Origin: Phoronis australis | Taxonomy: Eukaryota; Animalia; Phoronida | Reading direction: 5' to 3' | Length of the DNA: 64,000 nucleotides | Assembly: GCA_002633005.1 (NCBI GenBank) | Contig: NMRA01000051.1 | Location: 1,079,528 to 1,143,527 of the forward strand | In this document: positions 37,845 through 50,500 of the stretch, piece by piece | How positions within the stretch are numbered: position 1 is the stretch's first letter | How the letters are laid out: each line of letters begins with the position of its first letter | The notes under the pieces: generated by a model | Database searches by the model: none | What the model was told of the DNA's origin: nothing | Seen by the model: the letters and a program-made list of their open reading frames with translations, nothing else | Translations under genes and position numbers: made by a program

Positions 37845-38805
37845 AGTGTACAAGTTGGGAGATGGGTTTACATTATGCAATAGTTGGTGCTTTATTCAAG
37901 GGTCATATGTAGGCAGACATTACTTAATATGCCCAGATCAATATTTTTTGTTCGTATGTCGACAAGTTTGCTGAATCGTTCAACTGGCTAGGGGACATGC
38001 ATTTTTGGCATCATAAATCTGCAACTAATTTAAGTTCTCTGGATCTAAAGAATTGAAAATAATTTCAAGAAGCTCAATTTTTCATGTTGACTTAGCATAC
38101 TGTGGTAAAACCACCGAGAACTACGGAACAGTTTCAAATATTTTGTTGGATGGGCAGTGGACAGTTGTCTACAGGGCGCCTGATGTGCGATCTGCTTCCC
38201 TGGGGACCTGTCCATCCCTCTCTGACCTTTAGACATATGGCTGCTGCTGCTGGTCAGACTAATTACTAGTTACCTGTAATGTAATTACAGATTTTCAATG
38301 TTGTACACTTCCATATTTTGCAGGAGTCTAACAATTTCATCAACAATTAGTCACATTTTCCACTGGTTTGGGAAGAATTGAAGGTTGGATATTTTTCCTG
38401 TAAAGCATAGTGAGTTTTGCAATCATATGTGTTGAAATCTGTGAACAGTTCCTCAGCTTTAAGTAGTTATTTGTTAATGTAATTAACTGGAAATCATCTG
38501 AAATAAAAGTTAAATTTGTAAAATCATTTACTTGAAATTTCATCATCGCCCATTCCCTATTGTCTCTTTATTCTTTTTTATAATAAAATGTTCAAAAACA
38601 TATGCACAACTATTTCCATAAATAAAAAGTACTATAAATTTTGCTTTCACTTACATGTAAACCCATTATTAAACATTTCCAAAGATTTTGAAAAAATCTA
38701 GTCTCTTCAGAAACAATCCATATGATTGTGGAAGAGTAAGTACAGATTGATAAATAAAATTTTCGAAATACAAAATTAATGAACTGATATCTAAATACAT
38801 TTAAA

Positions 38806-39015
38806 AATGACCAATGACACAAAAGAGGAAAATTTCTTTGGTGATTTATCATTCCACAAATTAATAGGCTTGTGTGGTGGAAATATTTTTTGTGTTGCAA
38901 AATTTTAATGAAATATTTATTAAACGTTTTTGCATGTATAAAGTTAAAATAATAAAAAGAGACAAAAAAGAGGAAACTGGAAATTGACACCAAAAAATGA
39001 GGAAATCCTCTGATA
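38806..39015 (+). repeat. Interspersed repeat fragment, second copy at ~58482-58705
   Basis: Shared aatgaccaatgaca..aaagaggaaa..ccacaaat..aggcttgtgtg..gaggaaactggaaat. Confidence 0.7.
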
Positions 39016-39343
39016 CCCTGACAGAAAAGTTATCTATTGGAAGGGGTAGATCACCTGGAACAGCGTGGTCGACATTAAAGGCGAAGGCAACCTTTTTTCA
39101 TGTCATTTTGAGCTAAAATAATGTTGGTTGGTTATCCTAGACATATTTTCCACTTAATTACAGCTTTTCGTAATTTTGTTAATTACTCGTCCGCTACTAA
39201 GGAAGTGACGTTTTAGGAAGAAAGCATTTCGCACCAATTTCTTTTCATATAGTCTGACTGTGAGAGCTGCCGAGTCAGTCATTGTTCTACCTCGGTTGTG
39301 TTAAGTTCCGTCGTCGTTTGCTTTCATTTACTAGTCCGTCAAC

Positions 39344-40130
39344 ATGCCAAACTGTTGCTACGTACCGGGATGTACTAATTATCGTCTCACGCGCGCTTTG
39401 GGAGTACCTTTGCATCGCTTTCCGATGGATGACACACTTCGTCGTACTTGGCTCGTTCGTGTGAAGAACGCAGCGTTACCCGTCCACGCAACGTACAAAG
39501 CAGTCGAGAATTACGGTGTGTGTGGCAAACACTTTCTGCCGTCCGATTACGAAAGGGATTTGTACGCTGAACTGATGAAGGTCCCTGCAAAACAACGCCT
39601 GAAGAAGGATGCCATTCCGCCTGTGTTGATTCCCGGCAGTGCCCCGTCGCCACCCCCGAGAAGTGCGTTTTTGAAGCGAGAAGCCTTGCGAGCTGTGGCC
39701 AGTACAGTGACTGGAGCCAGTGGAGGCACTTCATCTACTGTCACCCGTGCCTCCGAACGTACCCCAGAGCGTGCCATTCCTGGAACCAGTAGTGATTCGC
39801 CCTGTGCTGTTTTCTCCAGCCCAGAGCCTCTAAGCAGCCCTGCAGCGATATTGAGTAGTGGGAGTGATTACAGGCCCAGTTCGACACCCAGTGAAGAGGA
39901 CAGTTCGTCGTCCAGTGAACAGATCGGTGAGCCAAACTTTGATAAGTTTATTGTGGACTTGTCTAAAGTGTTGGAGCTATTTAGAAGGTGCCAGGTGTGT
40001 GGCGAGGGAGTCACATGACCTGATGTAAGCACTTTGGGTGCTCAGGTCACCATCCAGTGGGAGTGTGTCGCGGGACACTCTGGCAAGTGGGACAGTTGTT
40101 CCTCTGTCCGTGGTATGCCGGAGGTCCACT
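39344..40130 (+). pseudogene. N-terminal part of a THAP-domain transposase (DDE core deleted)
   Basis: THAP signature MPNCCYVPGC..LHRFP..W..VCGKHF..LKKDAIP, an S/P-rich linker, then KFIV..LELFRRCQVC*..QWECVAGHSGKWDS with a stop at 40016-40018. Confidence 0.85.
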
Positions 40131-40439
40131 TAACCATGTCCAGTAGTGGCTTGGCCTCGTCGAACTCTGAACAGCACAAGCATTCCATTGAGGTAGGCAT
40201 AACAATGCACACAGTGCATTTGCACCAAGAAGTGTCACCACGTCTGTCCTCAGTAGCCGCCTCGTTTCTCTCAACAACTGCCTGTGCCTGTGCGTACTCT
40301 GCCTCGTTATACTCGGGCTCAAACATGTACCCACCCACTAAATGTCCGTGAAAAAATTCCTCGTCACCACTGCTGAGTGAACAAGGTCTCCGTCACTCAC
40401 ATTACTGTCACTGTGATACGGGTCACCGAGTCCAGCCAT
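40130..40439 (-). pseudogene. 5' part of the Kolobok accessory (KolX-like) protein, resembling the P2X7 C-terminal/nanor Cys-rich domain
   Basis: ATG at 40439 and a frameshift near 40382, then GYMFEPEY...RRGDTSWCKCTVCIVMPTSMECLCCSE, truncated at the deletion junction. Confidence 0.75.
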
Positions 40440-41540
40440 TTTCAGCTTACAACACACTAAACAATCCCTAAATACAACGTAGTTGAGTTCTCTACTAACC
40501 TATGTTGCCACAGAATACTCGCCGATGGAAAGTGGTGGCGACAATTGTTGAAAAACAGCACAAAACAAAAGTAGAACAGAACAGATTCGCACGGTAAACT
40601 CAACGCAAAACCAAGTGGCGGGAAACGCTTGCCTCCTAAAACGTCACTTCCGGAATAGCGGACGAGTAACTAATAAAATTACGAAAAGCTGTAATTAAGT
40701 GGAAAATATGTCTAGGATAACCAACCAACCTTATTTTAGCTCAAAATGACATGAAAAAAGGTTGCCTTCGCCTTTAACAGCCTCATTTGTTAAAATCTGA
40801 ATGAAGGTACTACAGAAAACTAACAAAGTGAACTTCACATTTTGTTTTATTGGGACACAGTGCATAATTGAGTGAAAGTCAGAATGATATATTGCAACAC
40901 TGTGTTGTCCACACAGTCTTCAGTTCCTTCACAAGCCAGTGCTACTCATATACGCTGGCTTTTCTCGTAGTTTTCCCGGAGCAGTGGATTTCAATGAAGT
41001 TTAGAATGTTTCACCTTCACAGGTGCTTCAAAACATGCCCGGATTTTAACATATTCATCCTTTGTTCTATTCTTGTGTCCTTCACAAGAATTCACAATAC
41101 CAAACAAATCAGTCATTAAAAAAGACCACTTCCAAGAGGACTCGTTCATCTGTCTCTACTTCTACCAAAGACAACCCTCGAAGGCTACTCTTGTTTCCGA
41201 ATGGCATACAAATAAAAGCTATAATGTCAGAAAGTTAACTTTCAACATCTTCTCAAATCATGACATTAACTTTACGGCAGAGGTGCTGTTGATGAAATGG
41301 CGTGTGTAACAAAATATTTAACTGGAACATGTATGTATTTCCACATATACTGCCAACATCTTTCATCACCCGACTTTCCGAGTCCGTTAGCGCGCCGTAT
41401 TGCATCTTGGACCACTTGGGCCTTGCAAAAACCACAAGTAATGTGTTCCAGGGGGTCACTACTTTCTCAGCTGTCCGTAAATGCTATTTTCAGACAGGTT
41501 ACATGTCCACCTTTAATTTGGGTGACCAGTTGCAATACAT

Positions 41541-44500
41541 TCATTGTACCATCATATTTAGATGTTGCCTGTAAAGAGAAAAACATTATTTTTCACATTA
41601 ATTAAAAATATATAGTAACACTTCCTAAACTGTTGGTGGGATAGAACGGAAATTTTAATATCACATTCAAGCATATTTTTGCTTTCAACTTTTATAAACT
41701 TGAAAAGAACCAAGAAGTCAAAAGCTTTTCACAGGTTCAAAACACACTTAAAACAGTGACAAAGCATGTTTGTGCTTCATGTTTCTTAACTGTTTATTTG
41801 ATGAGACCACACAAGTACAATTGTACACACAATGTGTTAAGGGAAAACAACATGTAGAGCCAGATAACAATCTATAAATATTCAATAACTAGAAACAGGC
41901 TGTAATGAAATTGAACATTAATGGAAACTAGAATATTTTCAATGTATACACCAAAAATATGATATTTGCCTTCAATTTAAAGTGTCTATTACAAGAGTGC
42001 ACGAAATTTGAAACCACATTAGTCAGATCTCTGGTGTTTGTTTCAAAGACTACGAGTAAAAGTTGGAAAAACCAGAAGCATTTTGCTCCTCAGTGTAACA
42101 TTCAAATTCTCCGATGAAAATCTAGGGACTTTGCTGGTGAACTTGAAACCAAAATGAGACAATTTGGATACTAGAAGGGTAAATTAATGGTGTCTGAAAT
42201 AGTGATAATATTGTCACAGAGGAAAATGCTCTTCTTTCAAAATTTTTTTCTGACAGGTTTCAACGTTCCAAATCAAACAAACTCCCAAATTATGAGGGTT
42301 AGCGTTCACACCAGTTGAAAAGCTGCAGTGTTTTGCAAATAGGTTGATTTGATTTCTTAACTTCATATAAATAAAGACAACTGTCTGAAAATTTTTACAA
42401 ATAACTCATGGCCTGTACAATCTTGTAAAAAACTCTTACTAAATTCAGTAACAATTTAACAAAATTGTAGGTTATTCCCAAACTTCTACCATCAATTTAC
42501 ACCCTTTCTCAGAGCCATGATGGGTAGCACTTTGAAAAGACCATGTAATACGATTTCTTGTTGAACAACAGAGCTGACTAACGTTTGTACGTTCTGACTG
42601 GTTGGAAAGTAACATTAAAACATTCCGACTGGCTGATGTTGAGATACGCATCAGTATATTGCTCCATCTACATGAGCAATGCCTTTGCGACTTGCAGTTG
42701 ATGTAACCACGTGATCAGACTAAATTCACGCACTTTACACGAATTCTTATTTCCTGACAAACGCAAGATACCAAGGCATCAAAGAAATAAAAAAAACCGA
42801 CTCACTACACTTTTTCGGCTCATTGCCCCACCATATGTATAAAACATACGTCCAAACAAAGACATGCACACTGATGTCCACTCATGGATTTCTGCATGTC
42901 GTTCATCATACATTCACAGCGCCAGTTTGCTGAACAGGTGGCACTGTGACAGAGGGTATTGCCCTGTGATAGAGGTATTGCCCTGTGACAGAGGGTATTG
43001 CCTAAATCATATCTACAACAGTGGGAGTCTATACCTACCTCTGTGCTTCTGATAAGTCAGTCAGTTTCTCCCCAGCTAACTTCGCCAAGTCAGATGCCTG
43101 GCTGTAGCCAAGCTCAGAAGACAGGACAATGCAACTCTGGAAGAGAGAGGGTTGACTGAAAACTACTGCCATTTCCTCAGCATTTCGCTACCAAAAACAA
43201 AAAATGAATGACGCTGAGTATGTTTCGAAATATCATGAGTCTTTTAACCATGTCTCTTGGTCACTTGCTTCACCAGGGTTCGGTTGAGTGTCGAACTTTG
43301 TTCCGAGCAAACAAACGGAACGGAATAAGTGTCTTGTATTCAACCAAATTTGAGAAATGCAAAGCGTTGACATGCATCACAAAAAGTGCACAGCAAACAA
43401 TGGAACAACTGAGAGTGTTCTTACCAAAGTTTTACAAACTTTGTCAATACTTACCACTACCCTGTCTGCCTGTTGTGCCTGTATCAAAGCCTCTGTTAAT
43501 TCACTGAACATCTCCTCGCTGAAAGTGACATCATCAAAGTCAAACATAAGGTTAAAGTTATATTATGCACTATATCAGCGGGTCAAAAATGGGACAACTT
43601 CATAAAAAGATAAACTGAGAATCAAGATGTTTATCAAACCAAAAATAACACTTATGAAAATAATTGTCAACCTTTGTATGCAATCATGATCACCTAATAT
43701 AAAATAAAGATATCTTTATTTTCCTCAATTTTTCTTCTATTCATTTCAATTACGTGACAAATCTTACCTGAGAATACCTGCTATGGACGTGCTATGTTTC
43801 TTGTAATATTCAATTAACTCCCTGCAATGAGTCAATTATTATATTTAGACATAAGAGCATGCATGTATAGAGTACAACAGTTCTCTAAAAGGAAAAACAT
43901 GCAACATTATCAATGTCATCCGTCATCTAGTTTCACCAAAATTACCTAAAAAATTGTGAAGAAAACCTAACTATAAATCCTCGGAGAAGTAGTCCAAGTT
44001 TTAGTTCAAAACGTTTGCTTACATCTTCAATAAAAAAAATAAAATAACAATGTAGGTGGATTTCTCTGTTCAAAGACAACTTGTATCCTTTAAAACAAGG
44101 AAAAGGTTGTGCTGTTTTTTTAACATAACTTGACGCTCACACAGAGTCAGCTGGCCAAATAAAATTCATGAAAGATACGCACGGACATTCTTGCATAGAT
44201 CTTGACCACCCCTATATTAATGTCGACACTGAGGTTGACCTCACATGAGGGGACGTTAGCAAGGAGCAACAATACCAATGGGGACAACAGCGAAGCTGAC
44301 TAAACCATGCAATGACGAAAACAACACATGACAGGTTGAGAAAGCAACAAGTGCTGATAAAAAAAGTTCGACAAGAAACAAACTCACTCGAGGAGATTAT
44401 CACACTTGGCTGAACTTCATTGCACCAAGTGATGACACATCTACTATCTTACCAGGCCTTGTCCAGGTGGTCACCCTTGACATGTATTGAGATGATATAA

Positions 44501-47500
44501 TTCAGCATAGTGCAAGTCAGCCTGGAGAAGAAAACGCAAAAAAGTCTGACGCACAAAATATGAAGACATTTAATCACATCGCCCTTAGAGAGGCCATCAA
44601 GCTGACATCCATCAGCTTCAGGTTTAGACTCCTTACCATTATGGACTTGGTCTTAAATAATTGTTCATTAGACTGAACGGAGATGATGTCAGTGCCTAAA
44701 AAGAACTGACAGTTTGTTATTACTTAAGATCAAGCAGACGGCGTCACTCGTGCGCTCAACATGCTATTAATGAATTGTCAAGTATTTGCAAACTCAGAAA
44801 TCACTTCTCATCTGAATCAAGATTGAGTTGAGATGACTTTTATAATAGTACGTGGTCAAACATTCTCTTCTTGGATGGAACGCGGGTTTATAGACGCTTT
44901 AAAAATTTGAATTGCACGTTTCACGTCCAAGTTTGCAACGAGCACGACCTAAACAGCTAAACAAAGACTGAGGATTTAATGAAGAGATACAATTTTTATA
45001 AAAACTAGAATGCAAAAGTAACAAGCACACCATGACTAAATTGTTCCAGCCTGCCTTGGGATTTAGGAACTTTCAGTCAAAATTAATTTTCTCGCCAAGA
45101 TCTCACAAATGAAAACAAGGTCAACAAATTCGTCTGGCCATACCTACACCTTGGTGCAAAATACAAACAAAATTTAAAGTTTCCATTTTGAAATGTCATG
45201 CGAACAACACTTTCCAACTCAAAACTTGATTTTCTCACTATGACCTTGAAAATGTTGGCAAGAGCAGCAAATCTGGCTGGCCCTGTAAAGATGCCCACCT
45301 ACACTTAGGCATAAAATATGAACAATATCTACCACTTCCTTCTCGAGATATCACATCAACAACATATTCCAAGTGAAAATTTTATCTCCTCCCATTAACC
45401 TACTGCAAATGTGGTTAAGGTCATGAAGGACCCTACCGACAAGACTATACATTTAGCCATATATCTACAAAACTATAGAATTTAATTCAACAAATTTTAA
45501 AGTACATATTTTCTGAAAGCAGGAATTCTGTTGAGCTTGATTCTTCACTTTATACCAATGTGCCATTAATTAGGTCAAGTGACCTTGTTGTTTAGTGAAA
45601 AAGAAATTGAAGGTACATTCATAGAAAAACACATCGCAAAATGTCGTATGATATAAAGTTCAAGATAACATCTCAAAAACTTTGGTACAGTTTTCATAAT
45701 TATAATTTCAGCCCCCTTTCCACAAATACACCATGCACAACAGCATTCTCGGATTCCACATGACAGCCTGAATACATTCATTTACAGGCAGACCATACTT
45801 AAACTAGCACCACCTAGTGAAGTTAAAGACTCTCATTATGACAACAGCAGCAACAGTGTCTACTAGTCACTCACCTGAGGGGTTGTACACGTGTGATTCG
45901 TCGTGACGCCGCCTCCTCTTCTATTCGTTCCAGAACGTTCTGCGCAATATCACAGAAAGTCTGCTGCAGGTCGGGCTCCTGCCTCTTTTTGGCCATCAGC
46001 CTCAGTATGGGCACCACAATGTCCTCCTTCTTGTGGTAGTTAAACAAGGTCATATCTGTAACATGGCAGAGACTGAGTACTGGTATTAGATGGCGGACAC
46101 TTTATAGACCAATTAGCCAAAATTCAACATCAACTTCTAAATGTTTTTAAAGCTAATTGGAGTAGTTACCTTACAACACACTAAGAGTTGGACTATTTGA
46201 ATTTTTATTAGTTGACTCCACTATTGAACGGCATATTGGACTACGGAGCTACAAATCATGAAGCCACTGCCAACTGTCTTTGCCTCAATTATTAATATGT
46301 AACATAATCCGTCTGATGACAACTCTGGTTCACGTGCACTTAGACAGCCTAAATTTCGACAACACCATTATTTATTGAAAAATTCAGTGTTCTTCTCGAA
46401 GATTTGAGCAGTTTTTTTAAGGTCACTGCCTACCTTTGTTACCAAAGATTTGATTTTTAAAATAACTTTTTAACTATTAATAGTAGACCTATAAAATTAT
46501 AATTTTTTAAAATCCTTGATTACCACAGAATCTTATTAAGTGCACAAAAACAATGTTCAGATGACCGTGATCACATGACTGCATTTTTTCCAAAAATAAT
46601 GATTTTTCATGGAGATCGCACTGTTTTCCACAAACTTTAATTTTTTTGCTCGAGACTTGCAAATTCTGTTTCTGTGTTCTATGAGCTACACAAGGGTGTC
46701 TGGGATCTTCTTTTAAGGCCTTTTAGCCCGAGAAATCCACTGTCACAAATCAAGACTTCCATTTTGTTTTCAAAAATGTTGACATAGTAATTATGACATC
46801 AACATTTATGCCCATGAAAGCGCTTCAGGCTTCTGTGAGCTTTCCTATAACCGTCTATATACATTTATCCATTTGAGCACATTATTCGGGTGAGCTCAAA
46901 TTTACAACACTTTCTATAATATGCTTTGTTCAGGAGGGTGCTGTTTTGGAAATTTGCAGTACAGTGTGGTACCATTTCCAAAGGACTGAAAAAGTCAACA
47001 GAACATGTCTCTAAAGACATTTACAACCCAGTAGAATAACGTAACAGATGTGACGCCACCTACCTGACCAGATGAGAGGTAGATAGCTGTAGCCATCAAA
47101 CAATTCGACTGTCTGCAGTAACTCATCAACAACTGGGAAAGTAGGAACCCATATCTGTAACCGTAAAAACACCATTCACCTGCCGTATCCATGGTAATAA
47201 CGTCAGCAAATCAAATCTTAACACATTGCGAATTTTAGGGGCTGTAAACAGCTGCATTGCAAATAGCAAAGGTACAAGGTGTGCTAAAATTTTTGACACA
47301 TTTCCATGCATTTGACTGAGCAATACTGGTGAATTTAAAATTGACAAAGGGTGCAGTGCTAGTTGGCACATAGAATCCTAAAGGGTGCTCCAGAGTAAAC
47401 TAAAACTTCCACAAGAGGGCAATGCTGCAGCCAGGTCCATCCAATAAAGGACATCAGTCACGCTAACCTTAATAGGAACTCATCTGCCATGATGATTCCT

Positions 47501-50500
47501 CAAGGTGTTCAGCAGATCGTAAAATAATAAATAGCCACTAGGAGGCACAGCAAAAGATGGAACTATCTAAAAATGGACAAGTGCTGTTCTATATTGGATA
47601 TTTGCCAAATTTCATGATGATCTTTTGACAAACTTGGAGATATTGAGAAAATGTAAAAGATGTAACTGTTACTGTGGGGCATAGCAATAGTTGAAACTGT
47701 CTAAGTAGTCAGTCTGCCAGGTTCCTGCCATAGTGATTCTCCAAACCATTTGTCAGATAGAAAGGTGGATGCCAACAAATAAGATTAAAATACTAGAAAA
47801 GCCACAAGGGGGTGCTGAACATCCCTGAGCCATATGGAAATAAACAAGTTCTGTCATCTGTCAACTTTCATGAAACTCCACTAAGCAACAGACCACAACA
47901 GTGGAAGGATACCTCCAAAAGTAAACATAAGCTGTGCTCACATTAATGGGAACCACAAGCACCAAATTCCATGATGATCCTTTAAAGAAATTGGTTGATA
48001 TTGAGGCATGCGCACAAAAAATATAGCTACCACTACCAGGGGCATAGCAGTAGTCTGACTCATCTGAAAATCATCATCAGTCATGCTCTCCTCCCTAAAA
48101 ACACCTGCCAAATTTCATCATGCTCATCTATTGCGCATGGGAGATAATAAAGCAGGCACAAAAAATAAAACTGGCACTAGGGTGCATAGCAGTATTTGGA
48201 TCCGTCTAAAATTCAACATCAGCCATGCTCTCCTCACTGCAAAATTTCACAACAATACTTCACTGAATTTAGTAGATATGGAGGCAGGCGCAAAAAAAGA
48301 AAAGTGCCAATAGGGGGATAGCAATAGTAGGAATGAATCATAATCTATGATCCAATACAAACAAATCTCCAAAGCAGCGTTTCCTAAGTTCTTTTAATAA
48401 TGACCGCGGAAAATTCAATTGGGGTCCCTGGAAAAACCTGTAAATTATTCTTAGAGAATGTAAAGAAACGCTGATTTATGAATGTTTGTTCCCGGATCAA
48501 AGATCATGATTCATTTCGATGTATAACATACACGAAATTGTTTTTTGAACTTTAGCCATCATATTCGCCGGGTCCAGCAACTTTAAGAATTCAAACATCA
48601 ATCCCAAAATGACCATCAGAGAATCCCAATAGGCGCACACCTCAGGTATTGCCAACTGAATGCATTTGTCAGTCTCGCACTGCTACATTTCATACAGCAT
48701 GATTAAACTTCAGTCCTTGAGTGACTGGGGCAATATAAAAACGTGTTTATGTACATGACAATGTGAACTTCAGCTGTTGAATACAGTAATAGTAGTGAAA
48801 TCAGAAAGACACTTACGTTGGGCACAAACTTTTCATAACATTCCATCACTTTATCCAGAGGCTCGACCACCAGGAGAGCTCTCATAAATGTCGAGCTGAA
48901 ACACAATCATTACGACAATGGGGTGTTGGGTGCTCGCACACAACATTAAGTTATGATGGCATGTATTTCACCAATGGCTCAAACTACTCTTAATGCCCAT
49001 AAATACGTAATGTAATGCTTCTCAACCTACTCTGGGCTTAACTTCAATTATTGAACATCACGTTTTCCATAATAAACACTAAAACAATGCCCAATCAACT
49101 CTTGAGTTTAACTGAATACCATGATGGCTCTTGTCACGTGACTGGTGAGCACTCAGAGATCGGTCAACGGAGGAAGCTCACAATGTTCGTCGTGTACACT
49201 CCCCAGCAATTTGAGGTAGGTAAAATATAAACAGATACCCCTACTATGCTGTGACGTACTTTGTGAAAAACTACACTGTTTACTGGTTTGTACTTAGGGC
49301 CAAGATGAAAACAAAGTGCCGTTTTCTTACATCCATTTATAGTGTTCGCTAAACTGGCAACAAGAATATAACAAACAAGAGCAACGCAGAGTGTTGAAAT
49401 GCGCCCACAACTGCACCGTATACGGTATACTTCTAGGGTAGTTTATTGGTACCATAAAGTGGCCAGTAGAGGGCATATATGTAGTATGTTGTACTTTGCA
49501 AAATGGAAAGACATGGTCATTGTCTCCTCAATAGGCTAGGGGCAAAATGTGAGTGACCTTCATAATACAAGCACATCCTATACATCAGTTGCTTAAAGCA
49601 CCACAAAAACATAGAATTAAAAACAAACTTACCACCATAAATTTAGTAAAGACCCTGCAAACAGTTTGGGAGATACAGCCATGGGCGCAAAAAAAACTGC
49701 CACTAGGAGGCGCCACAGTAATCAAAGTCATGGGAAATTCCGTGTCAACCTTCCTTTTCATAGTAAGAACATACATGCCCAATTTTCACAATCACACTTA
49801 AAGCGGTTTGGTTGATAGAGGGGTGGACGCCAAAAAACAGACTCAAAAACAGTAAAAATGGCTTCTGCGTGTCGCAAACTAGGTCGAATCCATCCGAAAA
49901 TGGGAGGATAGAATCATCGCACTAATAGGTGCCTACATACCAAATTTCATGAAAATCCGTTAAGGAGTTTTGAAGATACAAACTTAAGGTAAACGTAAAA
50001 AAATAAAATTGCCACTAGAGGGCACACTGGTAGTCGGATCCGTCCAAAAGTAGTCATCGTCTGTTGTTAACATCATAATTTCGTAAAGATCCTGCGAACG
50101 GTTTAGGAGATACAGCCATAGGCGCAAAAAAAACAAAACTGCCACCAGGAGGCGCCACAGTAGTCAAAATCGTCGGAAAATCATCGTCAACCGTCCTCTA
50201 CATAGTAAGCATATACATGCCAATTTTCACAATCATCCTTTGAGCGGTTTGGTTGATAGAGGGGTGGACGCACAAAAACAGACTCGAAAACACTAAAAAT
50301 GGCCACTAGGTGGTGCAAACTATGTCGAATCCATCTGAAAACGGGAGGATAGCGTCATCTCACTAATAGGAGCCTACATACCAAATTTCATGAAAATCTG
50401 TTCAGGACTTTTGAAGATACAAAGGTAAGCGTAAAAAACTAAAATTGCCACTAAGGGGCACACCGGTAGTCGGATCCATCCAAAAGTTCGCACATGCTGT

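Larger units (their letters stand above)
39079..40773. mobile_element. Internally deleted Kolobok-superfamily DNA transposon
   Basis: TTAA TSD (39075-39078, 40774-40777), AGG...CCT termini, ~155-bp TIRs, a THAP-transposase 5' part on + and a convergent Cys-rich ORF on -. Confidence 0.88.
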
